Shown piece after piece: positions 13,301 to 26,940 of a stretch of 64,000 bases of DNA (positions are counted from its first letter, which is position 1; every line of letters begins with the position of its first letter). This stretch comes from Mobula hypostoma (lineage: Eukaryota). The notes below the pieces were generated by a model. The model had not been told where the DNA came from, did not search any database, and was given only the letters and a program-made list of their open reading frames with translations. The translations under genes were made by a program, and so were the position numbers. The stretch is taken from contig NC_086111.1 in the NCBI RefSeq assembly GCF_963921235.1, forward strand, positions 32,054,001 through 32,118,000, given 5' to 3'.

Positions 13301-16300
13301 CAGCAGGCAAAGCCGGGGATTTTGAGACCTTCCCTCTGGAAGATTCCCGACTGTGCAGTAACAACAGCAGCAAACTGGCGTTCCAGAAATTTCTCCAGAT
13401 GTTCCTGTGTGCTTTCATGTCTGTCTCCATCAAATCAGAATTGTCCACGGCCCCTATTTAATGGATACGATATCATTTTTCACCAGAGGGCTGCGCACGC
13501 GCAGCACGCTGCTCTCTCTCCTCCCACCGTTTGCTAAGTGACCTCAGCACGACAAGACATTCACGTTTCTCTGAGTAATAGGTAAACACTGTTATCTAGC
13601 TTTCCTATAGGTTGAGAAATAGTTCATGAATTGCCATGCAGAGTTCAAGTTCTTTGTAAGCACGTTGGATCATATATTAGATTATTCATATTATCTTGAG
13701 AGTTTGATTTACTAGACTTTGCAAATCTTGAATCTGTCTTGTAGTTATCATTCTCTCACATTCTTCTCTTATATACTTAACCTTCTGATTGTTGTTGCCA
13801 TAACCCTTCCAAGAAATGGAGCAGCAGTACATGGCATCTCAGCCACAGGTGGTGGAAATTAAAGCCTTCTCAGATGACCTTCTGTTACCTTTCCCAGTTT
13901 CTAAATGACTGGTTAAAATCAGTGGGAAAACATGTATATTTAAAATAATACGAATTTATATTTACCTATTTGTTCTTCAGTGAAGGTTAATGGCTCCATT
14001 CAAGTATATAGAGCTGCACTACCACAACAGCTTCTTGTTCTAAATTTGACATGTCAAGGTGACTTCTGAGGAAACAGATTTTACAATGTTGGAATCTGAA
14101 ACAAAGATAAATGCTAGAAAAGCTTAGCAAGTCAAATGGCATCTGAGGAAAGAAGCGAAATGTGTCGAGCCAGGGCCTCTTCCTCAGAACTCTTATTTCA
14201 CCCTTAACTTTTTAATTACATACCGACTTTGATTCAACAGTAAGTGAGCTCATTTTAAATTGTACTTCTCACTCATTCATCATCACCTCTGAACTTCAGG
14301 AGGTGGATGCCCTACTGCTTCCTATTCCCCTCACTGCAGTTAATAGACCATATTTAGTTGATTGCTAGCTGGTACTTGTATTGTGAGCAGATTGTTCTTT
14401 TCTTGAATCTTGCAATGTGGAAATTAAGAATGAAATGGAGGTCAGTTGTTTCATTTAGTCACCTGCTTTGTTACATTACTGTCCACCTCAAGGTCTGTGG
14501 CAAAGGACAAACCTCTCGCCTAAAGGAGATGGATGTGCTTTCTATTCACCCCTTAAATTTACACCAATTATGGCAGGTATATGTCATGTGGCACCATTCA
14601 TTTGAATTTACTCACTGACCAATATTGAAAAGGCCAGTGTGGATAAATGGTTTTGGTTGATAATTGATTAAGCATTCTTGTTTGTTTAAATAATTGTGAG
14701 TTAATGTATAAACATGTGAATGGCAGACATCAACATGCTACCCTGTGATATGTGTGATCCTCACTTAAAACAAACACGAAGTAAACCCACAGATCGGACT
14801 CCCGTGTCTTCCTTCAAAATATTAAACTAATTTAAAGTTACAAAACATTGGTAATGAAGTTTTTTTTTAAAACAAACCCAAGATAGCTATGGACCTGTTA
14901 CAGTGCAGTGAGATGTTAGAACTAAAAAAATCGCAGCAAGGAATAGCAAGAGAGAAAAAAAAAACAGCACTGGCAGAGACTAGTGTTCAAAAAGGCAGTA
15001 GTTGGAAGAATTCATCGGTTCATTAAGAAGTGAGTATCGGGTAGTAATCATAAATTTAAAGAAAAACAAATGGCTGGCTATGTTGACACATTTGAGTACA
15101 CGACGGATAACTGGGTTTTATATACCAAGCAAATTGAATAGTAATTTGAAGCAAATGAAATAGCAAATAAGAAATAAGTACCAATTTTTCTGTGGATTTG
15201 GTTTAAAGGCATACAGCTTGCCTCAAAGTTTAACTACTACAATCGAACCAGCAGAAATGAGCTTTGCTGATATTTTCGAAGTAATGAGCATTTAGAACTG
15301 ATGTTATTGTTCATTGCAGAACACCTTAGGTTTCATAAACAAAATCAAAAAGAATGAGAATCAATTTCAGCATACATGGCTGAATTGAAGAGATTGAGCA
15401 TTGTCAGTTTGGTAATGAGCTTAATGATGTACTGAGAGATAATTTAGTTCATGGAATCTTACAAGAAAACATTCAAAAATGGCTATTAACTGAAGCACAA
15501 CTTACATTTAAAAAAGCAGTTCATATGGCTGTATCAATGTAATCAGTTGGAATCAGGAATGAAAGTGAGTGTGAACAAAAGTGCAGTCTGAACAGAAACC
15601 GGCCTGGCTGTACAAATCGTTAGCATTGTGGCAGGATTACACATACAGCAGACCAATGCAGGTTTAAAGACAAAACTTGCAGAAAATGCAACAAAGTAAG
15701 ACACAAGAGCATGACAGGTAGACAAAAATAAATGAACAGCGCAGGGAAGAGAAAAAGCTTTAAAAAGACTTCTGCATGCTGTTGATGAAAAATTTGATGA
15801 TGAGAGTGGCATAGGACTGCGTAGCCTTGTGATTTACAATGTGAAAGCTAACAGACAAAATATGGCTTACACCAGAATTGAATGGCAGATTGATTAAAAT
15901 GGAATTGGACACTGGTTCGGCAGTTTTAGTCATACCACAAAATGAGTTTGAGCAGCATTTCAAACATATTAAACTGAAGCCTGCAGATATCCAACTAAGA
16001 ACTTATACTGGAGAAAAGGGAATGCCTGTGGGAATGACATTTATGACAGTGAAGTACAACAACCTACAAGCCATACTAAATTTGTATGTGGTAAAAACAG
16101 CGTTGTGGGGATATGATTGGCTGAGACAACTACAACCTGATTGGAGACCCATCCGCCATTTACATACCACGTCTCCTGCAAGAAAGTCAACTGAAACTGA
16201 AATAAGGTACTGCATAATGCCAAAACACTCTCAGCTGTACACCATGAACTATGATGCAACAAAGGATTGGAAAGCATATTAGACCAGAGAAGGACCATGC

Positions 16301-16679
16301 TCCTCAGATGAATGTTGAAAGTAATGGTCCAAACTACAACAGTTTTTGTAGGCAACATATCTGAGGAAGCTTCTGATATGTTAATCAGACAAAATGTGGG
16401 TTAGTTTTAAGCTGGAAGAGTTCAAGGAGCTTCAGGAAAGTTGCAAGCATTTGGCTTTTGTGAGTATAAAGATCCAGACTCTTCCATAGCTAATAAAATC
16501 TTTAGGCCTGAATGGGACAATTTAATATCTACTCTGCTGTGGATGGCTATATGTAGTAGTTGATTTATATTGTATACTGTGTATATAGTTAGATGTATAG
16601 AATTGAAGTTTAGCCAAGCAGGGAAATGTGTTGTTGATTTAATATTTGAGTAATCTTGTATATATTGGTTGTTTACCCT

Positions 16680-19600
16680 TGCAGGTAGGTTTGCTAGCAT
16701 GGTTCGGGAGGGTTTAAACTAATTTGCAAGGGGGATGGGACCCAGAGTGATAGAGCAGTGAAAGAAGTGCATGGAGTAAAGCCGGATCTAACATATAGAG
16801 AGGCTTTGAGAAAAGAGAAGCAGAATAAACGGTGTAAATGTAGTAAGGTAGAAGGGCTGAAGTGTATGTACCTCAAGACAGGAAGCATCAGGAACAAAGG
16901 TGATGAACTGAGAGCTTGGATACATACATGTAATTATGATGTAGTGGCCATTACAGACACTTGGCTGGCACCAGGGCAGGAATGGATTCTCAATATTCCT
17001 GGATTTCAGTACTTTAGAATGAATAGAGAGAGGGGAAAAAGGGGAGGAGGGGTGGCATTACTGGTCAGGGATACTATTACAGCTACATAAAGGGTGGGTA
17101 ATGTAGCAGGATCCTCTCTTGAGTCAGTATGGGTGGAAGTCAGGAACAGGAAGGGAGCAGTTACTCTATTGGGGGTATTCTATAGGCCCCCTGGTAGCAA
17201 CAGAGATACAGAGGAGCAGATTAGGAGGCAGATTTTGGAAAGGTGCAAAAATAACAGGGTTGTTATCATGGGTGACTTTAACTTCCCTAATATTGATTGG
17301 CAGCTGATTAGTTCCAAGGGTTCAGATGGAGCAGAGTTTGTTAAGTGTGTCCAGGACGGATTCCTGTCACAGTATGGGGACAGGCTGACTAGGGGGAATG
17401 CCATACTAGATTTAGTACTAGGTAATGAACGGGGTCAGGTCACAGATCTCTCAGTGAGTGAGCATCTGGGGGACAGTGACCACCACTCCCTGGCCTTTAG
17501 CATTATCATGGAAAAGGATAGAATCAGAGAGGACAGGAAAATTTTTAACTGGGGAAGGGCAAATTATGAGGCCATACGGCTAGAACGTGCGGGTGTGAAT
17601 TGGGATGATGTTTTTGCAGGGAAATGTACTATGAACATGTGGTCGATGTTTAGAGATCTCTTGCAGGATGTTGGGGATAAATTTGTCCCGGTGAGGAAGA
17701 TAAAGAATGGTAGGGTGAAGGAACCATGGGTGACAAGTGAGGTGGAAAATATAGTCAGGTGGAAGAAGGAAACATACATGAGGTTTCGAAAGCAAGGATC
17801 AGATAGGTCTATTGAGGAATATAGGGAAACAAGAAAGGAGCTTAAGAAGGGGCTGAGAAGAGCAAGAAGGAGGCATGAGAAGGCCTTGGTGAGTAGGGTA
17901 AAGGAAAACCCCAAGGCATTCTTCAATTATGTGAAGAAAAAAAGGATGACAGGAGAGAAGGTAGGACCGATTAGAGATAAAGGTGGGAAGATGTACCTGG
18001 AGGCTGTAGAAGTGAGCGAGGTCCTCAATGAATACTTCTCTTCGGTATTCATCAATGAGATGGAACTTGATGATGGTGGGGACAATATGAGTGAGGTTGA
18101 TGTTCTGAAGCATGTTGATATTAAGGGAGAGGAGGTGTTGGAGTTGTTAAAATACATTAGGACGGATAAATCCCCGAGGCCTGACGGAATATTCCCCAGG
18201 CTGCTCCACGAGGTGAGGGAAGAGATTGCTGAGCCTCTGGCTAGGATCTTTATGTCCTCGTTGTCCACGGGAATGGTACCGGAGGATTGGAGGGAGGCGA
18301 ATGTTGTCCCCTTGTTCAAAAAATGTAGTAGGCATAGTCCGGGTAATAATAGACAAGTGAGCCTTATGTCTGTGGTGAGAAAGCTGTTGGAAAAGATTCT
18401 TAGAGATAGGATCTCTGGGCATTTAGAGAATCATGGTCTAATCAGGGACAGTCAGCATAGCTTTGTGAAGGGCAGATCGTGCCTAACGAGCCTGATAGAG
18501 TTCTTTGAGGAGGTGACAAGGCATATAGATGACGGTAGTGCAGTGGATGTGATCTAAATGGATTTTAGTAAGCATTTGACAAGGATCCACACAGCAGGCT
18601 TATTCAGAAAGTCAGAGGCATGGGATCCAGGGAAGTTTGGCCAGGTGGATTCAGAATTGGCTTGCCTGCAGAAGGCAGAGAGTCATGGTGGAGGGAGTAC
18701 ATTCAGATTGGAGGACTGTGACTAGTGGTGTCCCACAAGGATCTGTCTGGGACCTCTACTTTTCGTGATTTTTATTAATGACCTAGATGTGGGGGGTAAA
18801 AGGGTGGGTTGACAAGTTTGTAGATGACGCAAAGGTTGGTGGTGTTGTAGATAGTGTATAGGATTGTTGAAGATTGCAGAGAGACATTGATAGGATGCAG
18901 AAGTGGGCTGAGAAGTGGCAGATGGAGTTCAACCCGGAGAAGTGTGAGGTGGTACACTTTGGAAGGACAAACTCCAAGGCAGAGTACAAAGTAAATGGTA
19001 GGATACTTGGTAGTGTGGAGGAGCAGAGGGATCCGGGGGTACATGTCCACAGATCCCTGAAAGTTACCTCACAGGTGGATAGGGTAGTTAAGAAAGCTTT
19101 GGGGTGTTAGCTTTCATAAGTCGAAGGATAGAGTTTAAGAGTCGCGATGTAATGATGCAGCTCTATAAAACTCTGGTTAGGCCACACTTGGAGTACTGTG
19201 TCCATTTCTGGTCGCCTCACTACAGGAAGGATGTGGAAGCATTGGAAAGGGTACAGAAGAGATTTACCAGGATGCTGCCTGGTTTAGAGAGTATGCATTA
19301 TGATCAGAGATTAAGGGAGCTAGGGCTTTACTCTTTGGAGAGGAGGATGAGAAGAGACATGATAGAGGTGTACAAGATAATAAGAGGAATAGATAGAGTG
19401 GATAGCCAGTGCCTCTTCCCCAGGGAATCACTGCTCAATACAAGAGGGCATGGCTTTAAGGTAAGGGATGGGAAGTTCAAGGGGGATATTAGAGGAAGGT
19501 TTTTTACTCAGAGAGTGGTTGGTGCGTGGAATGCACTGCCTGAGTCAGTGGTGGAGGCAGATAAACCAGTGAAGTTTAAGAGACTACTAGACAGGTATAT

Positions 19601-19705
19601 GGAGGAATTTAAGGTGGGGGGTTATATGGGAGGCAGGGTCTGAAGATTGGCACAACATTGTGGGCTGAAGGGCCTGTACTGTGCTGTACTACTCTATGTT
19701 CTATG
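16680..19705 (+). mobile_element. CR1 LINE with near-complete ORF2 (APE endonuclease + RT), few disablements
   Basis: End of ORF1, then YDVVAITDTW, GDFNFP, SDH, KSPRPDG, FVDD and FFTQRVVGAWNALP; (CTATGTT)n tail. Confidence 0.93.
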
Positions 19706-19824
19706 TTAAGCATTCTTATTCATTTTAATAATTCATTGAGTTATATGTATAAATACATGAATTGCATTCATCATCACGCTGCCACATGTGGGTGCTTTGC
19801 TTAAGCACCAAGTTTGACCTCACC

Positions 19825-20375
19825 TTGAGTATCATGAACAGTTTGGGTTCCCCATCTAAGAAAAGACATACTCACATTGGAGAGGGTTCAGAGCAGGTTC
19901 ATAAGGATGATTCTGGGAATGAAGGGTTATAATATGAGAAATGTTTGATAGCTGTGGGTCTGTACTCACTGGAATTTAGAAGGATGAGTGGGGTGGGATC
20001 TCATTGCAACCTTTCGAACGTTGAAAGGCTGAGACAGACTAGATGTGGAAAGGATGTTTCCCATGGTGGGGGAAGTCTTGGACAAAAGGACACAGCCTCA
20101 GGATAGAGGAGTGTCCAGTTAAAAGAGAGATCTGGAGAAATTTCTTTCACCAGAGGGTGGTGAATTTATGGAATTTATTACCACAGGCAGCTCTGGTGGC
20201 CAGGTCATGGGTGTATTTAATGCAGAGCTCATAGGTTGTTGATTGGACACAGCCTCAAAGGTAGAAGGCTGTGGAGTGGTGCTGAGGAGGGGGAAAAAGG
20301 ATCAGCTGTGATTGATTGGGCAGAGCAAACTTGATAGGCCAAATGGACTAATTCTGCTCCTGTCTTATGGTCTCA
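19825..20375 (+). mobile_element. CR1 LINE 3' fragment
   Basis: FFHQRVVNLWNLLP; CR1 3' UTR. Confidence 0.8.
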
Positions 20376-21334
20376 TTTCGGACTCCTGTATCTTCTCTTG
20401 AATTTGTTTAATCTTTTGAAGTTACAATACATAGGTTTTTTTTTCACTTCACTTGATCTTAATGAAGTTACTGATCTGTGACACTGACCTCAGTATCAAA
20501 TTACCTGGAAATTACCGAAAAGTGATTAGGGTGAAGAGTTAACTTTTAGACTCCGGTCATAGAAAAGTAATCGATCTAAGCAGAAATTTCAAAGCAGCAG
20601 CAATAAGAATGGAACATTTTTCAGCCTTCATAAATGATCATTTTATCAATAGTTAGGTAAGCAAATGTGTGAAGTGCTGAAGGAAGGATATTTGGCAACA
20701 GCAAAACCGATCTGTGTGTTAATATAACATCCTAGATTAAATGAGTCTTTTGGTTCATGGAGATGATAATCAATTCCAGGTTTGATTTTCTCCTGCAATT
20801 GAGAACCATGCCTTCCACCTTTGAAGAGGTTTTCATTCCTCCATCGTTGAAGCTGCCTTCACCTGCATCTCCTCAATTTCCCAGACATCTCATCTTCACT
20901 CACCCAATCTTCCTAACTACCACCCCCCCCCACCCCCACCCCAGGATAAAGTTCCCAGAGAAAATCTGCCAATACTGGAAATCTGAGTAGCACAAAGTGC
21001 TGGAGGAACTCAGGAGACCAGGCTGCATCTATGGAAAAAGTCTATGGTCAACATTTTGGGCTGAAACCCTTCAGTAGAACTGATAAAGTTGAGGATGAAG
21101 GTCCTTTTGACCTCACCTACCACCCCATAAGCCTCTGCATCCAACACGTCACTCTCTGCAGCTTCCACCACCTTCAATGGGATCCCACCACCAAGCACAT
21201 CTTAACCTCCCTCCACAGCCCCCCCCCAACTCTCCACAAGACATCTGATCCTTAGATGGATCAAAGGCTTTCATCCCATCAGTCCAGATTTCAGATTAGC
21301 TCAGAGCCACAGAGTGCTAAACTCAAGAAAACAG

Positions 21335-22196
21335 CACGTTTAGGTTGGGTGAGTGGGCAAATTCATGGCAGATGCAATTTAATGTGGATAAATGTGAAGT
21401 TATCCACTTTGGTGGCAAAAATAGGAAAACAGATTATTATCTGAATGGTGGCCGATTAGGAAAAGGGGAGGTGCAACGAGACCTGGGTGTCATTATACAC
21501 CAGTCATTGAAAGTGGGCATGCAGGTACATCAGGTGGTGAAAAAGGTGAATGGTATGCTGGCATTTATAGCGAGAGGATTCGAGTACAGGAGCAGGGAGG
21601 TACTACTGCAGTTGTACAAGGCCTTGGTGAGACCACACCTGGAGTATTGTGTGCAGTTTTGGTCCCCTAATCTGAGGAAAGACATCTTTGCCATAGAGGG
21701 AGTACAAAGAAGGTTCACCAGATTGATTCCTGGGATGGCAGGACTTTCATATGAAGAAAGACTGGATGAACTGGGCTTGTACTCGTTGCAATTTAGAAGA
21801 TTGAGGGGGGATCTGATTGAAACGTATAAGATCCTAAAGGGATTGGACAGGCTAGATGCAGGAAGATTGTTCCCGATGTTGGGGAAGTCCAGAACGAGGG
21901 GTCACAGTTTGAGGATAGAGGGGAAGCCTTTTAGGACCGAGATTAGGAAACACTTCTTCACACAGAGAGTGGTGAATCTGTGGAATTCTCTGCCACAGGA
22001 AACTGTTGAGGCCAGTTCATTAGCTATATTTAAGAGGGAGTTAGATATGGCCCTTGTAGCTACAGGGGTCAGGGGGTATGGAGGGAAGGCTGGGGCGGGG
22101 TTCTGAGTTGGATGATCAGCCATGATCATAATAAATGGCGGTGCAGGCTCGAAGGGCCGAATGGCCTACTCCTGCCCCTATTTTTCTATGTTTCTA
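21335..22196 (+). mobile_element. young 5'-truncated CR1 LINE
   Basis: Uninterrupted 253-aa ORF2 C-terminus (WQMQFNVDKC, LVRPHLEYCVQFWSP); the same 3' tail recurs alone at ~53458-53520. Confidence 0.9.
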
Positions 22197-22409
22197 ATTA
22201 ATCCGGGAATGAAAAGTATTTGATGATTCTGGGTCTGTACTCATTGAAGTTTGGGGGGGGGGGGCAGGGGGGGAGATGGGTAAGAGATCTCAGAAACCTA
22301 CTATTGAAAAGACCTGGACAGAGAGGATGTTTCTAATAATGGGAGTGTCTAGGCTGAAAATAAAAGGGCATCCCTTTAGAATAGAGATGAGGAATTTCTT
22401 TAGCCAGAG

Positions 22410-23225
22410 AATCAGGGTCAGAATCTGGTTTATTATGGTGAAAATTTGATGTGAAATTTGTTCTTAGTAGCAGCAGTTCAATGCAATTAATAACAGAAAA
22501 AAATAAATAAAGTAAATAAATTACAGTATACATATACTGAATAGATGAAAAACGTGCAAAAAACAGAAATAGTGTATTAAAAAAAGTGAGGTAGTGTCCA
22601 AGGGTTCAATGTCCATTTAGGAATCAGATGGCAGAGGGGAAGAAACTGTTCCTGAATCGCTGTGTGCGTGCCTTCAGGCTTCTGTACCTCTTACCTGATA
22701 GCAACGGTGAGTTAAAGGGCATGCCCTGGATGTTAGAGGTCCTTAATAATGGACGCTGCCTTTCTGAGGCACTGCTTCCTGAAGATGTCCTGGGTACTTT
22801 GTAGGCTGGTACCCAAGTTGGAGCTGAATAGAACCAACCACCTTTATAGCTTCTTTTGGTGCTGTGCAGTAGCCCCTCCACACCAGACAGTGATGCAGCC
22901 TGTCAGAATGCTCTCCACAGTACAGCTATATAAATTTTTGAGCTTATTTGTTGACATGCCAAATCTCTTCAAACTCCTAATAAAAGTATAGCTGCTGTCT
23001 GACTTCTTTATCGGTATGTTGGGACCAGGTTAGATCCTCAGATATTCACACCCAGGAACTTGAAACTGCTCACTCTCTCCACTTCTGATCCCTCTATGAG
23101 GATTGGTATGTGTTCCTTCGTCTTACCCTTCCAGAAGTCCACAAGCAGCTCTTTCATCTTACTGACATTGAGTGCCAGGTTGTTGCTGTGGCACCACTCC
23201 ACTAGTTGGCATATCTCACTTCTAT
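22410..23225 (-). mobile_element. Rex1/Babar-type LINE 3' part nested in a CR1 fragment (~22197-23430)
   Basis: WCHSNNLALNVSK..ELLVDF..VERVSSFKFLGV; RYRSLKARTQRFRNSFFPSAI. Confidence 0.8.
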
Positions 23226-23701
23226 ACACCCAAGGGTGGTGAATCTGTGGAATTCATTGCAACAGAAAGCTGTAAAGGCCAAGTCATTAGGTATATTTAA
23301 TATGGAGGTTGATAGGCTCCTGATTAGAAAGGGCAATGTTTATGGGAGAAGGCAGGAGAAAGGAAATGAGAATGAAAATAAATCAGCCACAATCAAATGG
23401 TTTAATTCTAACCTATGTCTTGCGGTCTTTATCTGAAACATTTCTTAATGTAAGAGCAACACACCAACTTAAGATGCACCAAGGTAACACAAACTAACGA
23501 TATTAGTTCAAAAGACCCTCATTCCCCAGTTTGAGAGTTTGCTAATATTCAAACTCTTTAAAATAAACAAGCACAACAGCCTTGTGGATTAACAAAGGAT
23601 GAGCCATTTGTCCAAAGAATGCATCTTGACGTTACAATGAACAATGGCTAACTAATCAATTTATCTTTCCCTAAGATAACAAAAAAAATACAAAACATTA
23701 G

Positions 23702-23924
23702 CACGAGGAATTCTGCAGACACTGGAAATTCAAGCAATACACGTCAAAGTTGCTGGTGAAAGCAGCAGGCCAGGCAGCATCTCTCGGAAGAGGTACAGTC
23801 GACGTTTCAGGCCGAGACCCTTTGTAGTCCTGACGAAGGGTCTCAGCCTGAAACGTCGACTGTACCTCTTCCGAGAGATGCTGCCTGGCCTGCTGCGTTC
23901 ACCAGCAACTTTCATGCGTGTTGC
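23702..23924. mobile_element. palindromic Penelope-like pLTR-derived insert with 13-bp TSD
   Basis: TACAAAACATTAG at 23689-23701 and 23925-23937; ~90-bp inverted arms (23733-23823 / 23835-23925). Confidence 0.75.
23826..23861 (+). ncRNA. minimal type-I hammerhead ribozyme motif
   Basis: AGTC-CTGACGA-AGG(GTCTCAG)CCT-GAAA-C-GTC-GACT: complete core, stem I AGTC/GACT, stem II AGG/CCT, vestigial palindromic stem III. Confidence 0.65.
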
Positions 23925-24369
23925 TACAAAACATTAGGTCCATTTCCTTCTATGCCTGACACATACAAATATGTCTAAATGCTTCTGAAATGAAATTAAT
24001 TACAATATTCAAGATATCAACCCCTTAAAAAATTCTTTACACACCCTTTTTCCTCACAGCTTGAAATTGATACCCCAACCTGGGGAGAAAAGATTTGACC
24101 ACCCTGTATACCTCGCATAACTATACTTCTATCACATCACACCTCAGTCCCCGTTGCTTTATGGAAAACAAGTTCAGCCTATCCAAAATCTCCCCATTAA
24201 TGTCCTTCTCTGCACCCTCTTCAGTGACCAGAACTACACTGCACACATTACTCCAAGTATTATGTACCAGCATTTGTAAAGTTGCAATATAACCTCTCAA
24301 CTTTTATGTTCTATGCCCAAATCAATCAGGGCAAATAAGGTACATGTTTGAAAGGATCTAGTGCTTTCT

Positions 24370-24860
24370 CAGCACGTGACGAATAGACTCTTCTCGGGTT
24401 TCCAGAAAGGTACAGGTATTGATTTTAACCTATATTTCAATGAAAAACTTAAGCATCTCCTTTAGGGATGATGCTTAGGCACTTCTAGTTTGGTAGTATA
24501 TAGATCCTTATAGATCCGTCCCTCCCGATTGGTTGAGTACTAACCAGTCAGGTTTCTGCTGTCCCATTTTGTTTACAATCGAATTCCAGTTCTTTCTTAA
24601 GAGCAAGACTTCATCTTTGTTAAAATTCTTATTCTCTAGTTTTATTTCCACGGCTTCCTTTACCAGATGGTCCCAAAAGCTACTGGCGCAGCACAGTAGT
24701 TTTGTGCCAGTCAATCCTATGGCCATTGGGTATGCAATGTTTTGCTACCTCCGATTTCTCCAGGTAACCCAAACAAAGGTGAATCCCTTTGGACAAACCT
24801 GGGTTGTTTTACCTGGAGTATTCGGGCCTGGGGTTTTTTTGTTTGAACAGAATGATAGAT
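24370..24860 (-). mobile_element. Penelope-like element 3' fragment (GIY-YIG C-terminus + pLTR)
   Basis: LVKEAVEIKLENKNFNKDE, typical of the end of the PLE GIY-YIG domain. Confidence 0.6.
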
Positions 24861-25574
24861 GCCTTGAATGGGCTGCTGAGATAGTGTTAGAAGGAGATAC
24901 ATCTTTTCAAATTGCCAAGTGTTTGAAAAAAATAGCCTCCAGTTTTTTTCCCCCTACAATGCTTAAATCCACTTAAACAAGTTCTAGAAAAAAAAAGACT
25001 AAATTAAAGTATTCTTTTCACAACCATAGCTTATCTGTTCACATCAATGTCACAATCTCACTCTTGCATGGATAAATTATTTTCTTTGTTTCTGTGACTA
25101 GAGGTAAAGATCAAGGGAAAACAAGATAAGTTTTTTCATGTGGGGAGTTTTTTTTAATTTTTAAAATATCTTGCATACTAGATTCTATTCAAATTAGAGC
25201 ATTAGTGAGTAAACAAACTCAATTTATATAAGCAGGTTAAGATCTAGTCCTTGATGGTATATGCTCTATCTAACACAACAGCAATACTTTTAATAATACA
25301 AGCTGTTCAAACTTCAAACATGAACAGAATTAACCAGTCATCTGCACATATGATCCAACTGAGTAGAATTCAATTATTTAATAGAACCAGTGAACATGCA
25401 GTCAAACTAATGATCCTAGTGACACGAGGAAGCAAAACAGTTGAATTTACAAAGAATGAAGCATATATATTGTACACATAATTTAGAAACCAACAGTGAT
25501 GGCAAGAGTTCTAACACACAGAGTAAACAATGAATGATTTCAATGCCTGAATCGCTGAGACCAGTCAGAAGTAT

Positions 25575-25823
25575 TTAAGGACTTTTTACTAAACTCAATA
25601 GTTCTTCCTTATCCATCAGGTAACCACTTTGTTTCCACGTATCCCTAAGTTCTTGCAACATTGTCCCAATTTCCTTTCCAGAAACTATTCCTATTCTCCG
25701 TAGATCATGGCCGCTGACAGGAAAGCGCGGTATGGACCACTGCTCCATTTCCTTCAGTAACTTCTCTTCTCCTTGGTACTTCAGCAACTCACACACTTTG
25801 TTCTGCATATCTGGTTCTCTGGA
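25575..25823 (-). CDS. TRNT1: TRNT1 terminal coding exon (249 bp)
   Basis: [82 protein letters not shown]; the seven exons sum to 1281 nt (426 aa + stop). Confidence 0.96.
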   Translation of the reverse strand, partial: SREPDMQNKVCELLKYQGEEKLLKEMEQWSIPRFPVSGHDLRRIGIVSGKEIGTMLQELRDTWKQSGYLMDKEELLSLVKSP

Positions 25824-26380
25824 CTGAAAATTGAGTAGAAAACAGATCAAATCAACTGTAACCTGTTGAATAAGTACACGCACAACACCAAGAGATAGCA
25901 ACTCTTTGCAGCCTGCTGTGTTAACAAGCAATTAAGGAGTTGATTAGGGAAAATATAGGCAGAGATTCAAGAGAAATTTTATGTTGACAAATGTTAAATA
26001 TTTACTAAGTTTTCACCATTAGTCAAAAAGCCTATTTGCATTTATTGTAAAGCCTGATCTCACAACCCAACTAATGATGACTGGATGATCAAGTTGATAA
26101 AGCTGTAAACCAAATTTCACACACCATGATTAAATTGAAGGAGTAATATCTAAGACTTAATATTGCAAAAGCTAAGTGCTTGTTATATTACGAAGTAATT
26201 TTCACTGGTATCTGCTAAAAGCAATGAAAGTCATACAATACTAGCACAAATTGTAAAAGTTGCTTACCTAAACAAATCTACCATTTATAAAAACTAAAAC
26301 TAGTCACTCCCAAAATATTTTACATAAATCCAAACTGCCTCTTTATTTTCCCCAATTCCCTGAAATAATTCACTACTTAC

Positions 26381-26634
26381 ATCAATTATGAAATCTCTGT
26401 AAGGTTTTAGTGGATCAGAACCATCAGATTTTATCAAATCTCTTCGATGCTTAACTAGGAATAAGCCAAGTTGCTTTTCTTCTTTTGAAATCTTTAGCCT
26501 TAAGTCAAGTCTTAGAACATCATCTTGTGTTCGAAACAATGCTGAGAGAACAGTCATGGGTTTTGGACAATGATGCTGCACATTTTTGCACACCCTGTTT
26601 AGTTCCTCCAGGTTGCCATCAATAACTGGCAATC
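26381..26634 (-). CDS. TRNT1: TRNT1 coding exon 6 (254 bp)
   Basis: [15 protein letters not shown]...[43 protein letters not shown]|GTAAGT. Confidence 0.96.
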
Positions 26635-26746
26635 CTGCAGACAAAAATAAATTTAAGGTAAAAAAAATCATTAAAATTCCCCAAAACTATCAAGAAACTT
26701 TGTTATACATATCAACTCACTAAAATATGAAGAATTATATGCCTAC

Positions 26747-26940
26747 CAATATACTGAGCTACATCCAGTTCATACATTAGACTGACAAGGTGAGCAACAT
26801 GATTTCCAACTAAAGTTTTCTTCAGCTCAAACCAGATTCTTTCACCAGAAATTCCAGCCATGCCCTTTGCATGTTGTTTGATCGACTTTAGTGTCTTGGG
26901 ATCATGGTCTCCCAATTCTTTAGCAATCTTGCCATAAAAC
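26747..26940 (-). CDS. TRNT1: TRNT1 coding exon 5 (194 bp)
   Basis: [64 protein letters not shown]; SxERI motif; AG/GT. Confidence 0.96.

Larger units (their letters stand above)
14638..20431 (+). mobile_element. degenerate, internally deleted Gypsy/Ty3 LTR element; 3' LTR split by two CR1 insertions
   Basis: 5' LTR ~14638-14847 followed by TGG PBS; gag remnant from ~15070; protease LDTGSAV (~15905); PPT AGCAGGGAAA then 3' LTR in pieces at 16627-16677, 19706-19822 and 20377-20431. Confidence 0.75.

Noticed and set aside
17180-19050. Several antisense ORFs
   Set aside because: Shadow frames of CR1 ORF2.
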